Source: a virus (lineage: Duplodnaviria; Caudoviricetes). Taken from it: 64,000 nucleotides of DNA. The stretch's first letter is position 1. The number at the start of each line of letters is the position of its first letter. Under the pieces are notes generated by a model, which had not been told where the DNA came from, ran no database searches, and worked only from the letters and a program-made list of their open reading frames with translations. The position numbers and the translations under genes are program-made. Shown here piece by piece: positions 39,061 through 46,745 of this stretch. Location: IMG/VR virus record IMGVR_UViG_3300024331_000152, positions 1 to 64,000 of that record; one strand, 5' to 3'.

Positions 39061-40276
39061 GGATACCGTCCTTAATCCACTTCTGCCAGCGCGGCCAGAG
39101 CTGTTTCCAATCGAGGTGATCAGGCAGCACAGTACGCGTCTTTGTCTTGATGATGTCATCTGCTGCTGCTGCCCAAATATGAGGATCGTAAACGGGCCGC
39201 TTGCACCCATACAGCCCTTCGTAACGATAGGTCTGCGTGCCGACAAAATGCCCACCACCGTTCTCTGGCGCGCCGCCATAGTTCGCGGCAACACAAGGCG
39301 TGCCGCAAGCGACCGATTCGAAGATCGGGAATCCGAAACCTTCACCTAACCCGATTCCAAACGTGAGGTCGCATGCGCTGTAGGCGATTGCCAAATTTAC
39401 TTCACTTAGCTCGCCGGAAAGCAGCGTGTCTTTGTCGAGACCGTAATCGATCAGTAGTGAAGGGATCGACCAATAGCGTTCCAACGCGTCGGTGTGTATC
39501 CAGAGTCTGATTTTGTGGCCGTTGCGCTTTAAGATCGATGCTGTCTCCAACGCTAATGCGTAGTCTTTCCGATGCTGGTTCGTTGCGACGATGCCGATCA
39601 GCACCTCATCCTGCGCGATACTCTTCTGCACGCCGTAGATCGAGGTTGAGCCCGTCTTAGCAAGGAACTGCTTGCGACAGAGAGATTGATTCGTCGGGAA
39701 GAAGACGCTCGTATCGATGCCATGCGGCAGGTAATCGAGATCCCTGACGTTGTTCTCCAGTGAATTAGCACAGATATTTTGTGCCCACGACGAGTAGGCG
39801 AGTAGGCGATCAAAACCTGCAAGAGACTTCCGCAGAGGGAACGTCAGTTTGTCGTTCGGACCTGTTGCATCGATTGGAAGGTAGGCCCAGCGTTTGAAGG
39901 GCTTTTGAAGAAGAAATTTCTGGAGCTGTGGAAACACAGCGAGCTGCGGGGCTCTGTCTGGGATCGCGAGCCACATCAGGCGCGACAGATCCCAGACAGA
40001 CATCAAGATTCCGTGTTCACCTTGCGCGAAATCGTCCCATACTACCGGCAATGATGGCAGTATAAATTCGGTTGAAACAGGCTCCTTCTCCATCGTGTAT
40101 TGCTCGAAGCCGAGATGACGAGAGTGTGGTGCGCCCCATCCATACGTGCCGACGCGGATAATGTCGGACATGTGCTCGTGAATCCCTTTGGCGATTTGTA
40201 GTGTGATTCGTGCAAGCCCGGTCGGCGCAGTGATTGCATCGGACACGAGCAACATGGGTACTGTTTTGACGGCCAT
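39047..40276 (-). CDS. Glycosyltransferase family 4 (GT-B)
   Basis: SDA...TGLAR, PHGIDT..F, NQHRK, GEGFGFPIFES.ACG.P. Confidence 0.9.
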   Translation of the reverse strand: MAVKTVPMLLVSDAITAPTGLARITLQIAKGIHEHMSDIIRVGTYGWGAPHSRHLGFEQYTMEKEPVSTEFILPSLPVVWDDFAQGEHGILMSVWDLSRLMWLAIPDRAPQLAVFPQLQKFLLQKPFKRWAYLPIDATGPNDKLTFPLRKSLAGFDRLLAYSSWAQNICANSLENNVRDLDYLPHGIDTSVFFPTNQSLCRKQFLAKTGSTSIYGVQKSIAQDEVLIGIVATNQHRKDYALALETASILKRNGHKIRLWIHTDALERYWSIPSLLIDYGLDKDTLLSGELSEVNLAIAYSACDLTFGIGLGEGFGFPIFESVACGTPCVAANYGGAPENGGGHFVGTQTYRYEGLYGCKRPVYDPHIWAAAADDIIKTKTRTVLPDHLDWKQLWPRWQKWIKDGIHAAR

Positions 40277-40315
40277 GTCGCCGAGAATATCAGGAAGCGC
40301 AGAGTTTGGCGAGTG

Positions 40316-40747
40316 TTATTCTTGGCACTCTTCCACAGTGATCAGAGCATGTGGCGTCTCGTGATAATCCTTCGAAACCTGTGCGCGTACCACCTGACAA
40401 TCATCTGTCCAGAGAATACCTTTCAATGCATCGAGACATGATCGCATCAGCTTGTCTTCATCGGGCTTGACAACGGGGTATAGCCGGTCCTTCGGAGCGA
40501 ACTTCGGTCGTGCAAAATAGAAGCGCAGAGTTATCGATACCGGAGCTTCTTTAGGAAAAGGAATCGTATTAAATCCAGCATCAACGCGCGCACGAAGCGC
40601 AGCCCATCCGACCTCTTGGCGGAATGGCATTGTGTTAGTGTTGTCGGATTTGACGAAGGCTTTGCCCGTACGATTCGAGATAATTGCGCGCATGCTCCCT
40701 TGCGGAGCTGGTGTGCCGAGCACGGTAAATGATATCCGTGGTCCCAT
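40316..40747 (-). CDS. rusA: Holliday junction resolvase RusA family
   Basis: F.V.G.PAPQGS, KPDEDKL.R..LDAL.GI.W.DDCQVV. Confidence 0.9.
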   Translation of the reverse strand: MGPRISFTVLGTPAPQGSMRAIISNRTGKAFVKSDNTNTMPFRQEVGWAALRARVDAGFNTIPFPKEAPVSITLRFYFARPKFAPKDRLYPVVKPDEDKLMRSCLDALKGILWTDDCQVVRAQVSKDYHETPHALITVEECQE

Positions 40748-40883
40748 TGTCCAGAATCTGGATTATTTCACAAGAGAGGCTCCGACATCCCTGCGCTCCG
40801 GCTTCCCCAACCCAAGCGGGAGCCCCTCTTGCATGAGCGACAATATCAAATTGCATTCGTGAAATCTATATCAAAAAACATGC

Positions 40884-40912
40884 TTGACACTCTGCCGGAA
40901 TCATGGAATGAT
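40884..40912 (+). promoter_or_regulatory. Sigma70-type promoter of tRNA array A
   Basis: TTGACA-17 nt-(TG)nAATGAT; predicted start site at the GTG/ATG (40920/40923) of the leader ORF. Confidence 0.7.
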
Positions 40913-40922
40913 TCATTCCGTG

Positions 40923-40994
40923 ATGAAGTTCTTAGCTCTCAGTTCGCTCTCTCTGTATTGCCTGTCATCGGCAGGCATGGGGGCGTCTATGTAA
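40923..40994 (+). CDS. Attenuator leader peptide A (MKFLALSSLSLYCLSSAGMGASM)
   Basis: 12 of codons 4-16 are Leu/Ser/Tyr/Cys, the amino acids of the downstream tRNAs. Confidence 0.85.
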   Translation: MKFLALSSLSLYCLSSAGMGASM

Positions 40995-41022
40995 GCGCGA
41001 GCTTCAGTAGACTTGGCAACTG

Positions 41023-41048
41023 CCCCCGGCTAACCGCTGGGGGTTTTT
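41023..41048 (+). terminator. Intrinsic terminator (attenuator A)
   Basis: CCCCCGGC-TAACC-GCTGGGGG-TTTTT; 5' arm can instead pair with GGGGGC at 40979-40984. Confidence 0.85.
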
Positions 41049-41052
41049 ATTT

Positions 41053-41129
41053 GCGCGCGTACGCCAACGGAAGAGCGAATCGCCTTAAAAGCGATTGGTT
41101 GATGGGTTCGAATCCCTCGGCGCGCACCA
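41053..41129 (+). tRNA. tRNA-Leu(TAA), short variable arm
   Basis: AATCGC-CTTAAAA-GCGATT, TTCGAAT, ACCA. Confidence 0.8.
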
Positions 41130-41131
41130 AT

Positions 41132-41207
41132 GTACCGGAAGGTAAAGGCTGGAACCAGCGGTCCGCAAAACCGCTTTTAGCGAGTTGAACTCTCGCCCGG
41201 TACTCCA
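41132..41207 (+). tRNA. tRNA-Cys(GCA)
   Basis: GCGGT-CCGCAAA-ACCGC, acceptor GTACCGG/CCGGTAC, U73-CCA. Confidence 0.75.
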
Positions 41208-41217
41208 ATTTTGAAGT

Positions 41218-41294
41218 GCTCCGGTAGCCCAAAGGCAGGAGGCGCACGGTTCAGGTTCGTGACAGTGTGGGTTCGAATCCCACCCGGAGTACCA
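41218..41294 (+). tRNA. tRNA-Leu(CAG)
   Basis: Cloverleaf, loop TTCAGGT, CCA. Confidence 0.85.
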
Positions 41295-41297
41295 AGT

Positions 41298-41376
41298 GCA
41301 CGAGTAGCCCAACTAGGTAGGAGGCACACGCTTGAGGGGCGTGGCAGTATGGGTTCGAATCCCATCTCGTGTACCA
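41298..41376 (+). tRNA. tRNA-Leu(GAG)
   Basis: CACGC-TTGAGGG-GCGTG, CCA. Confidence 0.9.
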
Positions 41377-41387
41377 AATTTAAATGT

Positions 41388-41466
41388 GCCTGCGTAGCCC
41401 AATTAGGTAGGAGGCGTCTGGCTTAGAACCAGAACAGTATGGGTTCGAATCCCTTCGCAGGTACCA
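41388..41466 (+). tRNA. tRNA-Leu(TAG)
   Basis: TCTGG-CTTAGAA-CCAGA, CCA. Confidence 0.9.
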
Positions 41467-41467
41467 T

Positions 41468-41546
41468 GCCCTCGTAGCCCAACTAGGCAGGAGGCACTTC
41501 ATTCAAAACGAAGTCAGTGTCGGTTCGAATCCGACCGAGGGCACCA
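41468..41546 (+). tRNA. tRNA-Leu(CAA)
   Basis: Loop TTCAAAA, acceptor GCCCTCG/CGAGGGC, CCA. Confidence 0.9.
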
Positions 41547-41555
41547 AGTTTTAAC

Positions 41556-41648
41556 GGAGCGTTGGCTGAGTCTGGTTTAAGGCACCTCACTGCTAACGAG
41601 GCGTGACTGTAAAAGGCACCGTGCGTTCGAATCGCACACGCTCCGCCA
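41556..41648 (+). tRNA. tRNA-Ser(GCT)
   Basis: Loop CTGCTAA, long variable arm, G73-CCA. Confidence 0.9.
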
Positions 41649-41655
41649 TTTGAAC

Positions 41656-41743
41656 GGATGAGTGAGCGGAATGGTATCGCCCTGCGTTGGAAGCGCAGCT
41701 CACGTGAAAGCGTGTGCAGGTTCGAGTCCTGTCTCATCCGCCA
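41656..41743 (+). tRNA. tRNA-Ser(GGA)
   Basis: CTGCG-TTGGAAG-CGCAG, long variable arm, GCCA. Confidence 0.9.
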
Positions 41744-41744
41744 T

Positions 41745-41832
41745 GGAAGCACTGGGCATGTGGAGAGCCCACCCGCCTCGAAAGCGGACGTACCGCAAGG
41801 TACTGAGTGTTCGACTCACTCTGCTTCCGCCA
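41745..41832 (+). tRNA. tRNA-Ser(CGA)
   Basis: Loop CTCGAAA, long variable arm, GCCA. Confidence 0.85.
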
Positions 41833-41836
41833 GTTT

Positions 41837-41924
41837 GGGTGTGTGGGCGAGCGCTTTAAGCCTCTGGCCTTGAAAGCCAGCGTACCGAAAGGTACCGTGG
41901 GTTGGAATCCCACCGCACCCGCCA
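41837..41924 (+). tRNA. tRNA-Ser(TGA)
   Basis: CTGGC-CTTGAAA-GCCAG, long variable arm, GCCA. Confidence 0.9.
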
Positions 41925-41930
41925 TGTTGT

Positions 41931-42019
41931 GCAGGCGTCGTGTCTACTGGAAGACCAAGCGGGCTGTAAACTCGCTGCTCCTTCGAGCTATGGGGGTTCG
42001 ATTCCCTCCGCCTGCACCA
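41931..42019 (+). tRNA. tRNA-Tyr(GTA)
   Basis: Loop CTGTAAA, variable arm, ACCA. Confidence 0.85.
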
Positions 42020-42020
42020 T

Positions 42021-42440
42021 TTACTTCACGTCTGAGTTGTACCAGCGGATCAGTTTCTTGAACAGGCTAAGCCTGAGAACGAGCAGGCAGTCGGCGCGTT
42101 GTTTCCATGGTCTCAGAACCACGGTGTAAGGCATCTTTCTGTAGACTGTTTTTCCGCCTTTTATTGAGCCGCAATGCCCAACAACTTCGACTGTCCACGT
42201 GCCTAGCCTAGCGCCCGAAGACTGTTTTGGATCTAGCGTGGATACGTCAAACGAATCGACGAACGTCACCGCTTTCCGAAAATCTTTGATCGGTATTGTG
42301 ATGTCGGCACGAGAGAGACCGGTAGACACCATAAATCCGATATTAGTTCCGCTGAACCATATTCTCGCCTCAAGCTCTGGCACTTCGAAGACGGCCACGT
42401 TTACATCCCAATTACCTTCATTTAAATCGCGAGGTTTCAT
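42021..42440 (-). CDS. Hypothetical protein (leaderless start)
   Basis: TATACT-6 nt-ATG on the minus strand. Confidence 0.55.
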   Translation of the reverse strand: MKPRDLNEGNWDVNVAVFEVPELEARIWFSGTNIGFMVSTGLSRADITIPIKDFRKAVTFVDSFDVSTLDPKQSSGARLGTWTVEVVGHCGSIKGGKTVYRKMPYTVVLRPWKQRADCLLVLRLSLFKKLIRWYNSDVK

Positions 42441-42467
42441 GACGAGAGTATATGCTAAACTGCGCGC

Positions 42468-42731
42468 ATGCCGATCCAGCGCAAGCATGCTGTGTTCTAC
42501 ATCCCTCACACCGGGCTCTACTATACCGGAGCTGGGGAGTTCCTCGACGGCAAAGGCGAAAAAATCAAGTGGGATCGTTCGATCACGGTCTACAATACTC
42601 ATGCCAGAGCCGAGCGAGCCAGAAATAGAATCCTGCAACATAATCCGTTACAGTACGCTCGCGGCGAACTGGTGGTGATCAACGTCGAGATCATCGAAAA
42701 AGAGGATGAGGTAGGAGATGGCTTTCGATAA
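42468..42731 (+). CDS. Hypothetical protein (leaderless start)
   Basis: TGcTAAACT-GCGCGC-ATG. Confidence 0.6.
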   Translation: MPIQRKHAVFYIPHTGLYYTGAGEFLDGKGEKIKWDRSITVYNTHARAERARNRILQHNPLQYARGELVVINVEIIEKEDEVGDGFR

Positions 42732-42933
42732 CGGCTGGCCGAAGCATGTAGTGAATGGCGTCAGATATTCTGTCCATAACGAAGGTGAGTTCAACGGCAC
42801 GACGACGTGGATGGTAAAGCGCTACAACAACCCGAACGATGACGGCAATTACGTTGAGTGTCTGTTCTCTAGCGTCACGAAGGATGAGCTGATAGCGATC
42901 CAGCAGGCGATCAATACCGGATCGTGGGGATGA
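42718..42933 (+). CDS. Hypothetical protein
   Basis: SD GAGGTAGGAG. Confidence 0.55.
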   Translation: MAFDNGWPKHVVNGVRYSVHNEGEFNGTTTWMVKRYNNPNDDGNYVECLFSSVTKDELIAIQQAINTGSWG

Positions 42934-43139
42934 CCGCAGAAGAACTGCGGGACTTTAGAACCCGCGCACTTGTGATGCAGGAGCAGCAATATCTCGCGCT
43001 GGCATTTGAGGCGGCAAAGGCGGGGCATTTGCGGCTTTGCGATGAACTCTATCGCTGGGCTGCTGACCGTCATCAGAATCTACAACTTTATCTCGGATTG
43101 GTTCCCGACCAAACAGAAGCGCCTGCGCATCGGCAATAG
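42930..43139 (+). CDS. Hypothetical protein
   Basis: ATGA overlap with previous gene; also overlaps the AAA 3' end on the opposite strand. Confidence 0.4.
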   Translation: MTAEELRDFRTRALVMQEQQYLALAFEAAKAGHLRLCDELYRWAADRHQNLQLYLGLVPDQTEAPAHRQ

Positions 43140-44310
43140 TCGCCTTTTCGGGAAGCTGGCTGCGAAAATCGTCGTAATTCGAAATAGAGAAAACTTCTTT
43201 TGCTCGCTGGTGAAACCGGCGCAACTCTTCCTCGCGCGCCCAAGTAATATGAAACTCGCGGTCGATTCTTCCCTTGCGCACAAGAGCTGAATCGAGTCTC
43301 TCGCGATGATTCGTAGTGATAATCAGCAATCGTCCCTCGGTTGCAACTACGCCGTCGATCACATTCAGCAGATCCGAAGCGACGATTCCTTTGGTTACCT
43401 CGTCGCCGTCTTTGTCGAATTTGCGCTCCCGGGCGGCAGGCACGCAGTCCACATCCTCGATGAGCAGGATCGACCGATTACAAACGGTATTGATGAGCCT
43501 CTGTAGATCTTCAGAACGTTCAACGCCAGCGACGTTGAGGTAATAAAGTGGAAGCTCTAAATGCGTGGCAAGCGCTTGCACTAAGGATGATTTTCCTGTT
43601 CCCGGAGGACCATAGAAGCAGAAGCCGCGCCGCCATGGGATACCGAGCATTCGGTACTTGTCTTTGATCGACAAAAATTGCTCAATGTCGGTGACAATGG
43701 ATTCTATTTCACCGGCAGGCAGATAGATCGTATCGAGAGAGCGCGGCGACAACTCGCGGCTATCCCACCAGCTCCCTTCGTTGCGGTAGATGAAGAGTTT
43801 CTTTTCGAGTTGGGCATAGAACTCGGCCCGGGCCTCGTCAAGTAAATCAGTGATGATTTGGCGATCCAGCGTTCCCCAGATCGACACTTGGATCGTGCGG
43901 CGCGGACGGAATAGAGACGTCGCACCTTCAGCTATCGCCCCCGGCGTTCCCGGGGCAGAGGCTTCCTTATCGGATGTAAAAATTAGGAGATACCGCTGCT
44001 TGAAGCGCAGATAATAGGTTCCGTAGCGCGGGATCGTTTGATAGTCCATGCCGTCGATGGTGCGCTTGCGCCGGAGCATGAGATCTGTGATGCGCTTCTC
44101 GCGAATACGCTTTTCGGCCCATAGAGCAATCCACATGTAGGCTTCTTCGGTCTCATGCTCTTCGACCGCAACGGCGACATGCAGCTTTCGGAGGAAGTAG
44201 CCAATCGAATAGTTGTAGACGAGAGACCAGAAGTTTCGGAGCCAGCCCAGAGCTACTCCGCCCACCACGAGCAGCCATGGCGAGTCTTTCATCAGTTTTT
44301 GCCAATCCAT
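42955..44310 (-). CDS. BCS1-like membrane AAA+ ATPase
   Basis: N-terminal TM, R.LDTIYL, Y..LGIPWRRG..FYGPPGTGKSS, LLIEDVD, LLNVIDG, TTNH.E.LD.ALVR.GRID. Confidence 0.9.
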   Translation of the reverse strand: MDWQKLMKDSPWLLVVGGVALGWLRNFWSLVYNYSIGYFLRKLHVAVAVEEHETEEAYMWIALWAEKRIREKRITDLMLRRKRTIDGMDYQTIPRYGTYYLRFKQRYLLIFTSDKEASAPGTPGAIAEGATSLFRPRRTIQVSIWGTLDRQIITDLLDEARAEFYAQLEKKLFIYRNEGSWWDSRELSPRSLDTIYLPAGEIESIVTDIEQFLSIKDKYRMLGIPWRRGFCFYGPPGTGKSSLVQALATHLELPLYYLNVAGVERSEDLQRLINTVCNRSILLIEDVDCVPAARERKFDKDGDEVTKGIVASDLLNVIDGVVATEGRLLIITTNHRERLDSALVRKGRIDREFHITWAREEELRRFHQRAKEVFSISNYDDFRSQLPEKATIADAQALLFGREPIRDKVVDSDDGQQPSDRVHRKAANAPPLPPQMPARDIAAPASQVRGF

Positions 44311-44420
44311 TCCGAAATAATAGCGCAGATTTTCCAGAATCTGGAAACGATGCTAAAGTGGTGAGCATTCCGTGGTTCCGGCAACACGTTAAGCAACCGG
44401 AAAATCTGAAAGGTAATCTG

Positions 44421-44858
44421 ATGAATACAAAAGCTACGGCTGGTGTAGATATTTCCGCGTCATCTCCCTCTACAACATTCAGCACGAATGGCCCGGTATC
44501 GAGTTCGGCATCGTCTTTCGATGTTGCTGAAGACTTTCCAATGATCCCACTGCTTGCAAGACCAGAATATGTGCCAGTAGTAACGCACATCGTGAATGCA
44601 AATGTGATACCTAATCTGCGCGTCCTTCTCGCATCAGCGCTGGGTGCTATCGATGCAGCAATCCCAAACAAGGACCAAAATCGTGCGGTGCGGCATATTG
44701 TTCGTACTCAATTCGACGCCGCCTATGCTGATATCTTGCAACGCGCATACCCGACGTGCCAGTTCGGATGGGAAAGCTGTTATGCGGTCGAGCCGGAATT
44801 ATCTCGGTCGAAAGCTTTCAGCGGTCTGACAGTGAGTGCCGGGTCTCCTTCAAAATAA
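44421..44858 (+). CDS. Hypothetical protein
   Basis: ATG after AAGGT; upstream TGcTAAAGT -10 box. Confidence 0.55.
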   Translation: MNTKATAGVDISASSPSTTFSTNGPVSSSASSFDVAEDFPMIPLLARPEYVPVVTHIVNANVIPNLRVLLASALGAIDAAIPNKDQNRAVRHIVRTQFDAAYADILQRAYPTCQFGWESCYAVEPELSRSKAFSGLTVSAGSPSK

Positions 44859-44895
44859 TTTGCGAGCTTAGTGAAACCTGTGGTATTTTAGAGTT

Positions 44896-44970
44896 CGCGG
44901 TCGAGTGGATGGGTCCCACGATGCCCTCATAAGGCATAGATTGCAGGTTCGAACCCTGTGACCGCAACCA
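44896..44970 (+). tRNA. tRNA-fMet-like (CAT)
   Basis: C1:A72 mismatch, ATGCC-CTCATAA-GGCAT, ACCA. Confidence 0.75.
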
Positions 44971-44980
44971 ATTGACTGGA

Positions 44981-45208
44981 ATCCTCGGGGCAGCGTTGAA
45001 GCGTTACTAGTACGTGGAGCTTGGTAGAGATTCGCCTTGCAGTATCGTCCCCGATAGGGCAAGGATGTGAGGCCGTCACAACTGGAGAGAGAACCGCCGA
45101 TCTCTGACAACGGCTCAGCGGTGACGCTCAGGAGAGACTGAGGATCTTCAAGGAGGACCCGGCATGACGCTTGATTACCGAGATTGCGAATCGCGAGAGT
45201 CGGTCCTC
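44981..45208 (+). ncRNA. Candidate structured ncRNA between tRNAs
   Basis: ATCCTCGG/CTGAGGAT closing helix, CCTTGC/GCAAGG, TGTGA/TCACA, AGCG-GTGA-CGCT, GAGGACC/GGTCCTC; no ORF. Confidence 0.5.
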
Positions 45209-45216
45209 GAATCTTT

Positions 45217-45291
45217 GGCTGTGTAGCTCAACCAGAGCACCCGTCTTCAAAACGGTAGGTTGCAGGTATACAACCCCTGTCACAGCCACCA
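45217..45291 (+). tRNA. tRNA-like with UCA (opal) anticodon, atypical D/T loops
   Basis: CCGT-CTTCAAA-ACGG, acceptor GGCTGTG/CACAGCC, ACCA; T-loop TATACAACC non-canonical. Confidence 0.6.
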
Positions 45292-45314
45292 ATTCTCTCG
45301 ACAAAATTTCAAAC

Positions 45315-45390
45315 GGGGTAGTAGCATAGCGGCTAATGCACTTGATTGTCGATCAAGCCATCGCGGGTTCGAGTCCCGTCTGCCCCGCCA
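45315..45390 (+). tRNA. tRNA-Asp(GTC)
   Basis: CTTGA-TTGTCGA-TCAAG, GCCA. Confidence 0.9.
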
Positions 45391-45408
45391 TAATTTTCAG
45401 GAGATTCT

Positions 45409-45621
45409 GTGAGCAAGTGGAGCCCAGTAGGTGAAAACGAAACCGGCTTCACTGAAGGTGGAGACCACGGAGAATTCAACTGTGGAAACTGTGTTCACAT
45501 GAAGGATGGCTGCACGCATCCGATCATGAAGGCGATCTCGCAGCGGCCTCGCAAAAAGAACGGAAACGTTGAGGTAGACGAAGATGACTGCTGCACGTTC
45601 GTACGCAGACCGGGAGACTAG
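45409..45621 (+). CDS. Small Cys-rich (Fe-S/HiPIP-like) protein
   Basis: SD AGGAG, C..C.H....C...CC. Confidence 0.5.
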   Translation: MSKWSPVGENETGFTEGGDHGEFNCGNCVHMKDGCTHPIMKAISQRPRKKNGNVEVDEDDCCTFVRRPGD

Positions 45622-46140
45622 ATGATCTGTCCTGATTGCGACAAAGCGGAGATGGTCGAGACTGAAGTGACGCGCGACTTTAAAGTCGGTCGCAAGGAAC
45701 CTGTCACGTTGTCGGCTACGGCGGTAGTTGAGATCTGCCCAGCGTGTAAGTGTGAACTGCACGGCTGGCAGATGGAGAGAGCGAAGTCGCTCGCGATGTC
45801 TAAATGGATGAAGGAAAACCACAGGGTTGACATTAACCCGCCAGAAGATTTGCGGATCGCTCACGCGGCGTCATCGTTTCACCTCAAACAGCTTGAGCAT
45901 GAAGGTAAGGCAGCATGTTTCTATTGCCTACGTTTCTTCAACATCGAGGAGATTGAGGACTGGATCGACAATGAGCAGACGGCGCTCTGTCCGAAGTGTG
46001 GTATTGACTCCGTGATTCCAGAGACGGACAATGTAACACCAGAGTTCCTAAAGCGCATGCAGCAATATTGGTTTGATGCAGGCGCAGACCTTGCAAAGAA
46101 AGATTGTCAGGAGCCTGCTCCTGCAATGCCGGGAACGTAA
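45622..46140 (+). CDS. Double zinc-ribbon protein
   Basis: MqsA-like CPDC..CPAC N-terminus fused to CFYCL..F...EI..WID...TALCPKCGIDSVI domain. Confidence 0.7.
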   Translation: MICPDCDKAEMVETEVTRDFKVGRKEPVTLSATAVVEICPACKCELHGWQMERAKSLAMSKWMKENHRVDINPPEDLRIAHAASSFHLKQLEHEGKAACFYCLRFFNIEEIEDWIDNEQTALCPKCGIDSVIPETDNVTPEFLKRMQQYWFDAGADLAKKDCQEPAPAMPGT

Positions 46141-46199
46141 TGATGGATAGCGTTCAGGACTGACCTTGCCATCCAACTAACCTTTGGAGATAAAACCCA

Positions 46200-46365
46200 A
46201 TGGAAGTCAAACGGAAAGAAATTGAAACGCTGATCGAAAAGTCAGCTAAAAGCACACGATTCTGGAGACGCTATGCGTTTTTCTCAGGCGGCATGTAATT
46301 GTGCAAATGCCATACGCTGCTTGCTCGACGCAGAACTCGAACAAGCTTGTTCCGGCCCGAAGTAG
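46200..46365 (+). pseudogene. Small phage gene with apparent frameshift at GCTAAAAGC
   Basis: MEVKRKEIETLIEKSAK continues as AHDSGDAMRFSQAACNCANA.. only if one A is skipped. Confidence 0.5.
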
Positions 46366-46368
46366 ACC

Positions 46369-46708
46369 GGTGGTTGCACCCCGCCTCGCCGCGAGGCTAA
46401 GTCGCGGCAGAGATTTAAGCATGTAGAAGGCAACTAATCAGATTTCGGACGTGGGTTCGAATCCCACCGAGTCCACCAATCAGCTAACGCGCCGGGGCGA
46501 AACGCCTTGGTTCAACGAAAGTTCAGCTAAGAGTTAAAGCTGGTCCGTTGGCTGATTTGTGGGCTCGCCAAGGTTTCGACGGGATCAGAAGACGTTGTGC
46601 AGTTCATGCCGAGTGCTGTGGCCTGCGTTAAGGGACACGGAAAAAACAAATGCAGATGCTTCGGCACTGCCGATGGCAGCCTAAAAACTGACGTCTGAGG
46701 GTGGCCGC
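46369..46708 (+). ncRNA. ssrA: Circularly permuted (two-piece) tmRNA
   Basis: T-arm plus CGAGTCC-ACCA ends 46478; hairpin-closed spacer; GGGCTCG..TTCGAC starts 46561 (G3:U70); tag ORF 46652-46684 ADASALPMAA-stop. Confidence 0.9.
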
Positions 46709-46745
46709 AATACTCATCAAAGAACCATGCGGCACAAATACGCTA

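Noticed and set aside
40884-41050. T-box riboswitches as the explanation for the array leaders
   Set aside because: No T-box consensus (GGTGGNACC) or Stem I motifs; the leaders are short and contain open codon-matched ORFs instead.
41053-42019. CRISPR-like repetition of GGTTCGAATCC and GTAGCCCAA
   Set aside because: These are tRNA T-loop and D-arm sequences; there is no repeat-spacer array and no cas operon.
41047-42129. ORF-track proteins overlapping tRNA arrays (also 50861-51270, 52310-52766, 54968-55724)
   Set aside because: These are shadow translations of tRNA genes with no protein motifs.
44340-44900. A fourth leader-peptide attenuator for the fMet/Asp/tmRNA block (ATG CTA AAG TGG TGA at 44350)
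   Set aside because: The micro-ORF overlaps the -10 box and I see no terminator/antiterminator pair before the tRNAs.
45080-45145. Glycine riboswitch (GGAGAGA..CCGCCGA..CTCAGG resemblance)
   Set aside because: The motif is incomplete (no CCGAAG) and it precedes a tRNA rather than a CDS; kept only as an unassigned structured RNA.
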